From assembly GCA_043749095.1 (NCBI GenBank), contig JAYVEB010000024.1:1-44485 (forward strand): a DNA stretch of 44,485 bases, in the 5' to 3' direction. This DNA is from Burkholderiales bacterium. Lineage in GTDB: Bacteria; Pseudomonadota; Gammaproteobacteria; Burkholderiales; Burkholderiaceae_C. Both the position numbers and the translations under genes were made by a program. The notes under the pieces are model-generated. The model had not been told where the DNA came from. It searched no databases and worked only from the letters and a program-made list of their open reading frames with translations. Position 1 is the first letter of the stretch; each line of letters opens with the position of its first letter. Below are positions 26,581 through 36,100 of this stretch, piece after piece.

Positions 26581-27663
26581 CTATTTCATCAAGGCCACGC
26601 CCTTGATCTGCGCATGAAGTGCGTCGCCGGGTTGCAGGTTCAGCGCGTCCAGGCTCTTGCTCGTGATGCGTGCCAACAGGGTCCACTGGCCTTGCGGTGC
26701 GCCGTTGCCGGCCCGTAGGCGCAGCAGCGCGGTGCTGGACTCGCGTTGCACGCTGCCCAGCACCACCGGCAGCACGTTGAGGATGCTGGTCTCGGTGGGC
26801 CGATGCCGCGTGACGCTGACATCGCGTGCAAGGATGCGCGCGCGCACCGGCTGGCCCGGCAGTGTCGCGGACTGCCCGACCCACAGTGAGCTGCCGTTGA
26901 ACGCGATGCGCGTCATGCCGTGCAGCACGTCATGTTCGGCGACTTCGGCGTTGATCACCACGCCTGCGTCATCGAGCCGAGCGAGCGGCAGATCGGGGCG
27001 CGCCATCAATTTGGTGAGCGCGCCGGCCGCCAGGATGCGGCCCTCGTGCATCAGCACCAGGTGGTCGGCGAGGCGCGCCACCTCGTCCATCGCGTGGGTG
27101 ACGTAGACGACCGGCAAGGCCAGTTCACGGTGCACGCGTTCGAGGTACGGCAGGATCTCAGCCTTGCGTGCCGCGTCCAGCGCGGCCAGCGGCTCGTCCA
27201 TCAGCAGCAGCCGCGCACCGGTCGCTAGCGCGCGGGCGATCGCCACGCGCTGCCGCTCGCCGCCCGACAGCGTGGACGGGCGCCGCGCCTGCAGGTGCTC
27301 TATCCCCAGCAGGTCGATGACCGCGTCGAACGCGATGCGCTTCGACGTGCCCGTGGCACGCCTGCGCCCGTAGTTCAGGTTGCCGCGCACATCGAGGTGC
27401 GGGAACAGCGCCGCGTCCTGGATCACGTAGCCCAGCGGCCGGCGGTGCGTCGGCACGAAGCAGCCGGTGGTGTCGTCCTGCCAGACCTCGTCTTCCAGCG
27501 CAACCCGCCCGGCTGCGCGTTCGAGCCCTGCCAGTGCCCGCAGCAGCGTGGTCTTGCCGCAGCCTGACGGGCCGAACAGTGCGGTGATGCCCTGCGACGG
27601 CAGCGCGAGCGCGACATCGAGCTGAAAGTCGCGCCGCTGCAGGCGCAGATGAGCGTCGATCAT
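26581..27663 (-). CDS. modC: Molybdate ABC transporter ATP-binding protein ModC
   Basis: Walker A GPSGCGKTTLL, signature LSGGERQRVAIARAL, Walker B LLLMDEPLAALD. The C-terminal Mop/TOBE-like domain reads RARILARDVSV......TSILN.LP..V..........LLRL..G.....LLARIT..S.D.L.L.PGD...AQIKGVAL. The ATG at 27663 overlaps the modB stop (ATGA). The longer ORF 26581..28215 runs through modB out of frame. Confidence 0.93.
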   Translation of the reverse strand: MIDAHLRLQRRDFQLDVALALPSQGITALFGPSGCGKTTLLRALAGLERAAGRVALEDEVWQDDTTGCFVPTHRRPLGYVIQDAALFPHLDVRGNLNYGRRRATGTSKRIAFDAVIDLLGIEHLQARRPSTLSGGERQRVAIARALATGARLLLMDEPLAALDAARKAEILPYLERVHRELALPVVYVTHAMDEVARLADHLVLMHEGRILAAGALTKLMARPDLPLARLDDAGVVINAEVAEHDVLHGMTRIAFNGSSLWVGQSATLPGQPVRARILARDVSVTRHRPTETSILNVLPVVLGSVQRESSTALLRLRAGNGAPQGQWTLLARITSKSLDALNLQPGDALHAQIKGVALMK

Positions 27664-28381
27664 CGGGCGGGCTGCGCATTGTCGCGCGCCGGTCGGTTGA
27701 CGACGTACAGCGTCACCAGCACGACCAGCGCGAACACCACCATGCCGGCCGCCAGGCGATGCGCTTCGGTGAATTCGCCCGCCTCGACATGGTCGTAGAT
27801 GGCGACAGACAGCACGCGCGTCTGGCCCGGGATGTTGCCGCCGATCATCAGCACCACGCCGAACTCGCCGACGGTGTGCGCGAATCCCAGCACACTGGCG
27901 GTGACGAAGCCGGGCCGCGCCAGCGGCAGCGCGACGCTGGCGAAGCGGTCCCACGGCGAGGCGCGCAGTGTGGCGGCGGCTTCGAGCAGGTGTTCGGGGA
28001 TAGCCTCGAAGGCCTGCTGCAGCGGTTGCACGACGAAGGGCATCGAGTACAGCACCGACGCGACGACCAGACCGCTGAAGGTGAAGGGCAGCCGGCCGAT
28101 GCCCAGCCACTGCGTGAACTGCCCGACAGGCCCGTGAGGCCCCATCAGCAGCAGCAGGTAGAAGCCCAGGACGGTGGGTGGCAGCACGATGGGCATCGCA
28201 ACGAGCGCCGACCACAGCGGCTTCCAGCGCGAGCGCGTGCGGGCCAGCCGCCAGGCGATCGGCGTGCCGACGGCGAGCAGCAGCAGCGTCGTGAGGGTGG
28301 CGAGTTCGGCCGTCAGCCGAATCGCAGCCCAGGCATCCGCGCTCAGCGGCGTCTCCCTGGCATCAGGCGGTGGCGGGTCAT
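27660..28381 (-). CDS. modB: Molybdate ABC transporter permease ModB (5' end frame-disrupted as sequenced)
   Basis: The body reads LSADAWAAIRLTAELATLTTLLLLAVGTPIAWRLARTRSRWKPLWSALVAMPIVLPPTVLGFYLL...EAAATLRASPWDRF..V.LPLARPG......L.FAHT.GEFG.VLMIGGNIPG.TR. This frame has no ATG/GTG/TTG for about 60 codons upstream of Met 28196. The expected ATG (28381-28379, ATGA overlap with the modA stop) is in another frame and stops after 12 codons. Confidence 0.85.
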
Positions 28382-29142
28382 GGCCCGTAGCCGTAGGACT
28401 GGATCACTGTCTTGGCCGCCGGGCTCTTCAGGTAGGCCAGCAAGGCCGCAGCGGCGGGATTCTTCTCGCCGCTCTTCAGCAGCACCGCGTCCTGGCGTAT
28501 CTCGCCATACAGCGACGGCGGCACCAGCCAGTAAGAGCCCGTTGCGGGCTTGCCGGGCACCGCCACCTGCGACAGCGCGACGAAGCCCAGCTCGGCGTTG
28601 CCGGTGGCGACGAACTGGTAGGCCTGCGCGACGCTCTCGGCGGTTACCAGCTTCGGTGCGAGTGCATCGCCGAGGCCGCGCGCCTTCAGCACCTCGGTGC
28701 CCGCTCGTCCGTAGGGTGCCAGCTTCGGGTTCGCGATCGCCAGGTGTGCATAGGTGCCGGTGGCGAGCACCGCGCCCCGGTCATCCACATAGCCGGGCTG
28801 TGCGCTCCACAGCACCAGCTTGCCGATTGCGTAGGTGAAGTTGCTGCCAGTCACGCCGTATCCCTCGGCGATCAGCTTGCGCGGGGTGTCGTCGTCGGCG
28901 GCGATCAGCACCTCGAACGGCGCACCGGCGACGATCTGCGAGTAGAACTTGCCGGTGGCACCTGACGACACCTTGAGGGTGTGGCCGGTGGCTGCGGTGT
29001 AGTCTTCGCCGACCTTGGCCAGCGGGCCGGCGAAGTTGGCGGCGACGGCGACCGAGACCTCGTCGGCGTTTGCATTCAGTGACAGCGCAGCGCAGGCAGC
29101 GGCGATCGACGCCGACAGGCCCCGGGTTCTCAGGTTCTTCAT
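28378..29142 (-). CDS. modA: Molybdate ABC transporter periplasmic binding protein ModA
   Basis: Signal peptide MKNLRTRGLSASIAAACAALSLNANA. Then VSVAVAANFAGPL......Y...TGH.L.VS.GATGK.Y.QI..GAPFEVL.AAD...P..L. It lies directly upstream of modB and modC. Confidence 0.9.
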   Translation of the reverse strand: MKNLRTRGLSASIAAACAALSLNANADEVSVAVAANFAGPLAKVGEDYTAATGHTLKVSSGATGKFYSQIVAGAPFEVLIAADDDTPRKLIAEGYGVTGSNFTYAIGKLVLWSAQPGYVDDRGAVLATGTYAHLAIANPKLAPYGRAGTEVLKARGLGDALAPKLVTAESVAQAYQFVATGNAELGFVALSQVAVPGKPATGSYWLVPPSLYGEIRQDAVLLKSGEKNPAAAALLAYLKSPAAKTVIQSYGYGP

Positions 29143-29160
29143 GTCCGTGCTTCCAGGGGT

Positions 29161-29985
29161 TCAATCGATCACGGTAAGGATCACGCTCGACGCCTTGAAA
29201 GCGGCGCAGGCCCGCACGCCGACGGCCAGCCCGAGTGAGGCCACCGACTCGCGCGTCACCACCGCCACCGCCGTGCGACCATGCCCCAGGTCCAGCGTGA
29301 CCTCGGCGTTCACTGGGCCGTCGACGATGCGCTGCACGTGGCCCCACAGCTGGTTGCGTGCGCTGATGCGCATCGTTTCGTCCACGAGCAGCATCGGCGA
29401 CGAGGCCTTGACCAGTGCGATCACTTCGGTGCCGATCGCCAGGCCCAGCTGCTCGGCCGATGCACGGGTCACCACCGCCGTCAGGTCGAGGTGCTCGTCA
29501 ATCCGCAGCCGCACCTCGACATCGACCGGCCCTTCGCGCAAGGCGCTGACGGTGCCGACGAACTGGTTGCGCGCGCTGGATCGCACGGCCATGCGACGCA
29601 GCAGGCGCTGGAAGGACAGGACATCGCCGACCGGCTCTGACGCGAAGGTCTGAGCCAGGCGGTCGAGCGCGGTCTGGTGCTCGGCTTCCACCGCGCGGTA
29701 CAGCGCAATCACACGGCGACCGTGGTCGGTGAGGAGCGTACCGCCGCCTGCGCGTCCGCCGGTGCTGCGCTCGACCAGGGGCCTGTCGGCGAGGTTGTTC
29801 ATCGCATCGACCGCATCCCAGGCAGCCTTGTACGACAGCGGCACGTGCTTGGCCGCCTGCGAGATCGACCCATGCTGCTCGATGGCTTCGAGCAGCCGCA
29901 CCCGCTTGTCGCCGAGGTAGGCGCCCAGGTCGGTGCTGACTTCGAGGTGGCCGGTCAGGCGAGGCGAGGCGAGGCGAGGCTTCAC
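29161..29985 (-). CDS. modE: Molybdenum-dependent transcriptional regulator ModE (HTH + tandem Mop/TOBE domains)
   Basis: GTG start. N-terminal KRVRLLEAIEQHGSISQAAKHVPLSYKAAWDAVDAMNNLADRPLVERSTGGRAGGGTLLTDHGRRV is the ModE HTH domain. Two SARNQ...G.V........VE (Mop) repeats follow: SARNQFVGTVSALREGPVDVEV and SARNQLWGHVQRIVDGPVNAEV. It lies 18 nt upstream of modA. Confidence 0.93.
   Translation of the reverse strand: MKPRLASPRLTGHLEVSTDLGAYLGDKRVRLLEAIEQHGSISQAAKHVPLSYKAAWDAVDAMNNLADRPLVERSTGGRAGGGTLLTDHGRRVIALYRAVEAEHQTALDRLAQTFASEPVGDVLSFQRLLRRMAVRSSARNQFVGTVSALREGPVDVEVRLRIDEHLDLTAVVTRASAEQLGLAIGTEVIALVKASSPMLLVDETMRISARNQLWGHVQRIVDGPVNAEVTLDLGHGRTAVAVVTRESVASLGLAVGVRACAAFKASSVILTVID
29957..29980. 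repeat. Pentanucleotide tandem repeat (AGGCG plus strand = CGCCT-type on the coding strand) x4.8 inside modE codons 3-10
   Basis: AGGCG AGGCG AGGCG AGGCG AGGC read directly at 29957-29980. It encodes ..PRLASPRL.. of ModE. The unit length is not a multiple of 3. Confidence 0.9.
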
Positions 29986-30012
29986 AACAGCTGGCGGGGC
30001 TCAGGACAAATG

Positions 30013-30036
30013 CGTCATATCTTCGACGATATAACG
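30013..30036. promoter_or_regulatory. Probable ModE operator (Mo-box) upstream of modE
   Basis: CGTCATATC-TTCGAC-GATATAACG is a 9-nt inverted repeat (8/9 complementary) with a 6-nt spacer. It matches the CGnTATAT..N..ATATAnCG type ModE site. It is similar to the E. coli modA operator as I recall it (CGTTATATTGTCGCCTACATAACG). It lies 28 nt upstream of the modE GTG and 141 nt upstream of the adhesin ATG. Confidence 0.6.
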
Positions 30037-30176
30037 CAATTGCCGTCTGATCCACTGGACGCCCCCGAAATAGGGTGGTGCATCCGGTCTGCGGTTCATC
30101 ACCGACGGGTTGAACTACCGGTACATTCCCCCCGAGTTCGGAAACAAGATGTAAGTCAAGTTGCTGGGGTGTGTCA

Positions 30177-33100
30177 ATGAAACGTGAAGTCACCATCGCT
30201 CGCCGCCCCGTCAGGACACTGAAGGCTCAGGAACGCCAGGCGCCGCAACGCCTGCATCAGATCAGCCTGACGGCGGTGGCGATGATGGTGCAGGCGGCCT
30301 TCACGCCGCAGGTGCGCGCGCAAGGCATCGTGATCGACGGTCGCACGCAGACGGTGGTGGGCAAGGTGGGCAATGTGTCCACGGTGACGACGTCCACCGT
30401 GTCCGGCTCAGGCGCCTCAAAAACCGGCTTCAACTCGTTCTCGTCGTTTCAGGTCGGGCAGGGCACCACCGCGAATCTGGTGCTGCCCAACGGCACCTCG
30501 ACGCTCGTCAACATCGTCGGCTCCCAGGTCTCGATCGATGGCATCGTCAATTCGATCAAGAACGGCGGCATCGGCGGCAAGGTCTATTTCGCGAGTTCGC
30601 AGGGCTTCATCGTCGGCGCCAGCGGCGTGCTCAACACCGGCAGCCTGTTCGTGTCGACCCCGACGCCCAGCTTCATCAGTGGCTTCTTCAGCGGCGGCAA
30701 CCCGAACAGCAGCTCGGCCGCTCAGTTGGCCAACGGGACAGCGCCGATCAACCCCGACGGCGTGATCTCGATCTACGGGCACATCAACCTGATCGACGGC
30801 ACCGAGCTGCGCGCCGGTGCGGTCACCGTCGGGTCCAGCGGTCTGATTTCTGCAGGCGCAAGCTTCAACGGCACCGCAGCGGATTTCACCGACGTGGTCA
30901 ATGCCAATGGCCTGGTGCGTGGCGGCGGGATCGTCGAGCGCGACGGCAAGATCCTGATCGCGGCCGGCAGCACGGTCGAGGTCTCGGGCGCGCTGGGCGC
31001 CAACACCGTGGACGTCAGCGCGAACTCGACGACCGGCGGCGCGGTGCAGGTGAATTTGACTGGCGCCGACATCGCCGGGCGCGACCTGTCGCTGGCGGCC
31101 CGTTCGACGCTCAGCGACGCGACGCTGCTCACCACGCTGGGCACCCGTCAGGCACAGGCGTCGGCCAAGGTCGATGTCAATGGCGGGCGCCTGGCGTCCG
31201 AGAACGGCAGCATTGCGATCAATGCGATCTCCGAGGTCCACACGGCGACCTACAGCACCGTGCCGACCTCGGTGGCGGTGCTGCGTTCCAGCTCCAGCGC
31301 CAACGTCGATGCGCACAACGGTGCCGCGATCGCGACCACCGTCACCTCGGGCCCGGCCAGCGGCAATGTGCAGATCGGTGCGCAGTCCATCACGAGCGCC
31401 GTCGCCACCCCGGGCTCGGCGCTGGCCAACCTGAACGGCGATGCGATGGTGGCCGTCACCGACGTGGCGAGCATGGCGGGTGTGCACCTGGGCGCAGCCA
31501 CTGGCGACACGCCGGCGACCGTCTCCCGCATCCACACCGCCGGTTCGCTGTCGATGAGTGCGGTCAACCAGGTCGACACCACCGCTACCGCGAACGCCTC
31601 GGCCGCTGGCAGTGTCGCGGCCGGCGCGACGGTGGCGGTGTCGAAGCTGCGCATCACCACCGAAGCCATCGTCGATCGCGGCGCTCAGGTGGACAGCGGC
31701 GGCGCGCTGAGCCTGTCAGCCAGCTCCGTCAACAACGCGGCGGTGACCGCGAAATCGACCGCCAAGGGCGCGCAGCAAGACAGCGGTGGCACGGGCCGAG
31801 CGGCGCACGCGCTGGCCGATTATGGTGATCAGGCCAAGACCTCCGAGGGCGGCGTCAAGGTCGCTGGTGCGGTGGCCGTCAGCGACTGGGTCGGTTCGAC
31901 CCGTGCGCAACTGGGCGCCAACAGCGGCGCAGTCGCGCCCGGATCGCTCGATGCGGCGGGTGATGTGACGGTGCAGTCGCTGTCGACCAACGTCGCCACG
32001 GTGGACGCCAATGCCAGCGCCACCGGTGGGACCGTGGGTGTGGGCGTGGCGGTGGGCATCAACCTCGGCAAGGGCTCGAACCAAGCGCTGGTCGGTCAGA
32101 ACCTGGGCCAGAACCAAAGCGTGCGCAGCCTGCAGCTGCAGGCTGACATGGCGCCGAATGGCGCCTCGCCCGCGACGAACCAGTTCATCACCACCGTCGC
32201 CTCGGGTGCAGGCGCGAAGAGCGTCGGTGTGGCTGGTGCACTCGGCGTCAACGCGGTCGATCTGCAAAGCCAGGCGCTGCTGCAGCCCGGTGTCGCGGTC
32301 GCCTTCAACGCGAACGGCACGGCGCCGCTGTCGTTGCAGGCCAACGAGGCATCGGTCAGCGATGTGGCAGTGCTGCCGACCAGCCCGACGGCCGGCGGCA
32401 AGGTGGGCATAGGCGCGTCGGTCGCGGTCAACGTGGTGGCCCATCGCAGCCTGGCCGAAATCGCCAACGGTGCCAGTGTGACGGGCGCGGGCAGCATCGC
32501 ACTCGACGCCACCGGCGACCATGCAATCAGCACCGCGGCGACCGCCGGTTCCGCTGGCGGCATCGCGATCACGCCCAGCGCGGCGGTGGCGGTGGTCAGC
32601 AACAGCGCGACGGCCGATTTCGGCGCCGGTGCAGCGATCACCACGCAAGTGGTCAACGGTTCGAGTGGCGACATCACGCTGACGGCGCGGCAGACCGCGG
32701 CCGAGACCACGACCGCCAGCGGCAGCGCGACCGGCGGCACCGCCGCCGTAGGCGCCGCGGTGGCGGTGGCGGTCGTCAACGACACCGTTCTGGCCACCAG
32801 CCGCCGCGACATCAATGGGGCGGGCAACGTCACGCTGTCAGCGTCGGGCGCTTCGCTGGGCACAGTCGAGGCCACGGCGAGCGCGGCCGGCGGCAAGACC
32901 AGTGACGATGCCGGTGCGACCGACAGCAGCACCGGCCAGAAGAAGGAAGACGGCAGCGTAGACGACAAGCTGACCGGCCTGCTGAAGCTGGGCGCCGACA
33001 ACCAAAAGGCTGCCGACGTCGGTGACAGCGACCAGCAAGCTGCTACCAGCGGCGATGTGTCCGATGGCAGCAAGCCCTCGGCGTCCACCAGCGAAGGCAA

Positions 33101-36100
33101 GGTCGCGGTTGCGGCCGCGGTGGGCGTGAACATCGAGAACCACAAGACACGGGCCGTGCTGCCCGACGCGCTCAGCATCAGTGCTGGCAAGGGCTTGACG
33201 CTGAGCTCGGCCAACAACACCGATGGCCGGGTCACGACCAACGGCGCGACTGTTGGCGATGCAGCGGTGGGCATCGGCGCAGCGGTGTCGATCAACCTGG
33301 TGAAGTCCAGCAACCAGGCGCTGCTGGGTGATGGCGCGGGTGCCAGTGGCATTCAGGTACACGCGGGCTCGGTCACGCTGTCGGCGCTGAAGTCCGATCT
33401 GTCGAGCAGCGCGAACCCCGCGCCCCCGCGCACCGACCAGTACCTGGCCAGCGCGACTGCTGGCGCCGGTTCTGGCAAGGTCGGCATTGCCGGCTCGGTG
33501 GCGTTGAACCTGATCGACACCGAAAGTCTGGCGCAGATCCGCCAGGGCGCCCACGTCACCATCGTGCCGGGCGACACCGGTGCGATCAACCTCAGCGCCG
33601 ACGACCGCACCAGCGTCAGCGGTCAGGCCTTGCCCGCCGATGGCGGCGCGAGCGGCAGCAAGGTCGGCATCGGTGCCTCGGTGGCGGTCAACATCATCGC
33701 CAACCGCTCGATCGCCGAGGTGCAGAACAACGCGACGCTGACCGACCTCGGAGCCCTCGGCATCGCAGCCAGCGGCGACTACGCGGTCGACACCGAAGTC
33801 GAGGCCGGCGCGAGCGGCGGCATCGCCATCACGCCGGCGGTGGCGCTGGCCATCGTCAACAACACCACCACCACGCGACTGGGCACGGGCTCGACGCTGG
33901 TCAACCCCGGTGCGGTGACGCTGTCGGTGGAGCACGCCAGCAGCACCACCACCAGCGCCAAGGGCAGCGCCCAGGGCGACAAGGCAGCGGTCGGCATCGT
34001 GCTGCTGAACGACGTGGCCAGCGCCACCGTCGAGCGCAACATCGACACCGCCACCGGCGCGGTCAGCGTCTCGGCGCATGCGAGCAGCGCATCGACGAAC
34101 ACCGCCACTGCGAGCGCGGTCGGCGGCAAGTCCGACGAGGACGCCGGCCAGACCGATTCGACGACCGGCAAGAAGAAGGAAGACGCATCCGTCGACGACA
34201 AGGTCAGCAACCAGACCGCCTTCGGCAAGAAGACGCAGACTGACACCGGTGTCGGTGATGGTGATCAGCAGACCGCCACCGGCAACGCCGACGGCAACAA
34301 GACCTCGGCCAGCTCCGACGAAGGCAAGGTCGCCGTCGCCGCTGCCGTCGCCGTCAACATCGTCAGCGCGAAGGCCACCGCCAGCGTCGCTGACGGCGTC
34401 ACCGTCAAGACGGCCGGTTCGCTGACCGTCAGCGCCAGCGGCAACACCGACAGCAGCGCCAGCTCGGACGGCAGCACTGTGGGCAGCACCGCGAAAGTCG
34501 GCATCGGCGCGGCGGTGTCGGTGAACAAGGTCGACTCGCACAACGAAGCCTCGATCGGCAGCAATGCGCAGGTCACCGCACATGGCGTGACGATCGAGTC
34601 GACGATGACCGATGTCGGCGGTGACACCACCAACACCATCGCGGCTGAGGCGAAGTCGGGCGCAGGTGCGAGCAATGTCGGTATCGCGGCTTCGCTGGCG
34701 CTGAACCTGTCCGACACCTCGGGCAAGGCACTGATCAAGAGCGGTGCCGGCGTCGATGCCGGCGGCGCGGTCACGCTGACCGCCGAAGACGACTCGAAGA
34801 GCACCGCGACCGCCGCGCCGACGACGGATGGCGGCGCCACGGGTGGCAAGGTCGGCATCGGTGCGTCGGTGGCCTTGAACCTGATCACCTCAACGTCGCA
34901 AGCGCAGGTGGGTGCAAACGCCGGCATCACCCACGCGAGCAGCATCACGCTGACCGCGACCAGCCAGGGCGACTCGGACGCCTCTGCCACCGCCGGTGCG
35001 ACCGGCGGCAAGCTGGCCTTCGATGCTGCCGTGGCCGTCACTACGCTGAACCAGTCCACCGACGCGTCGATCGCGGCCGGCGCCGACATCAGCGCCACCG
35101 GCGATGTCAGCGTCAGCGCGACCAGCAGCGGCCAGCACACCGCCACGACCGTCGGTACCGCCAAGTCGGGCAGCGTGTCGATCGGTGCCTCGGTGGGCGT
35201 GATCACCAGTTCGAGCCGCACCACCGCGACCATCGACCGCAACGTGGCCGCGGGGGGCACCTTCGACGTCGCTGCGGGTTCGACCCGCTACTACGACGCC
35301 TCGGCCACCGCCAGCGCCGGCGGTTCGCAGTCCGACGACACCTACAGCCAGAATCAGTCCCAGGCCGACAAGTCCGCCAGTTCGAGCACGCTGAAGAACA
35401 ACCAGGATTCGCAGACCAACCAGGGCACGAAGGGCGGCGGCAAGGTCAACATCGCCGCCGCAGTCGGCGTCGTCGCGATCACCGACAACGTCAATGCCGC
35501 GGTGACCGGCGGCCGCACGATCCAGTCCGGTGCCGGCAAGGCGATGAACATCGCTGCCACCAGCGCATCCAATTTCAGCGCACGCGGCGCGGGCGGTGCG
35601 GTCGATCCGAATTTCAAAGTGGGCGTCGGCATCGGTGTCGGCCTCGTCATCAGCAAGGGCAGCACCACCGCCGGCCTCGCCAACAGCACCCACGTCGTGC
35701 AGTCGGGTGACCTGACAGTGCAGGCGATCTCTCAGCAGAACACCGATGCGGCCTATGCCCACAAGCTCACCGCCGAAGGCATTGCCGGCGCGGGTGGCAG
35801 CAAGGTCGGCGTGGCGGGCGCCTTCGCTGTGGCCTATTCGAAAGGCACGACCAGCGCCACCATCGGCGACGACAGCCTGATCGACGGCTCCGATGCAGTG
35901 ACGCTCGACGCAGAGAACACCGCCACCTTGTCGGCCAAGGCCTGGGCCGGTGCCTTCGGCAGCGTCGGCATCGGCGCGTCGGTCGCGACGGTGATCTCCG
36001 ACAACGCCTACACCGCCAAGTTCGGCGGCGGCAGCGATGTCACCGCAGGCAGCCTGACGATCGAGGCACTGAACCACAAATTCAGCCCGACACCGTTCTC

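Noticed and set aside
26377-30176. Genomic island integrated at tRNA-Asn, with the giant adhesin as island cargo.
   Set aside because: There is no integrase next to the tRNA. I could not find a direct repeat of the tRNA 3' end downstream. The intervening genes are the housekeeping modEABC operon, and composition does not visibly change.
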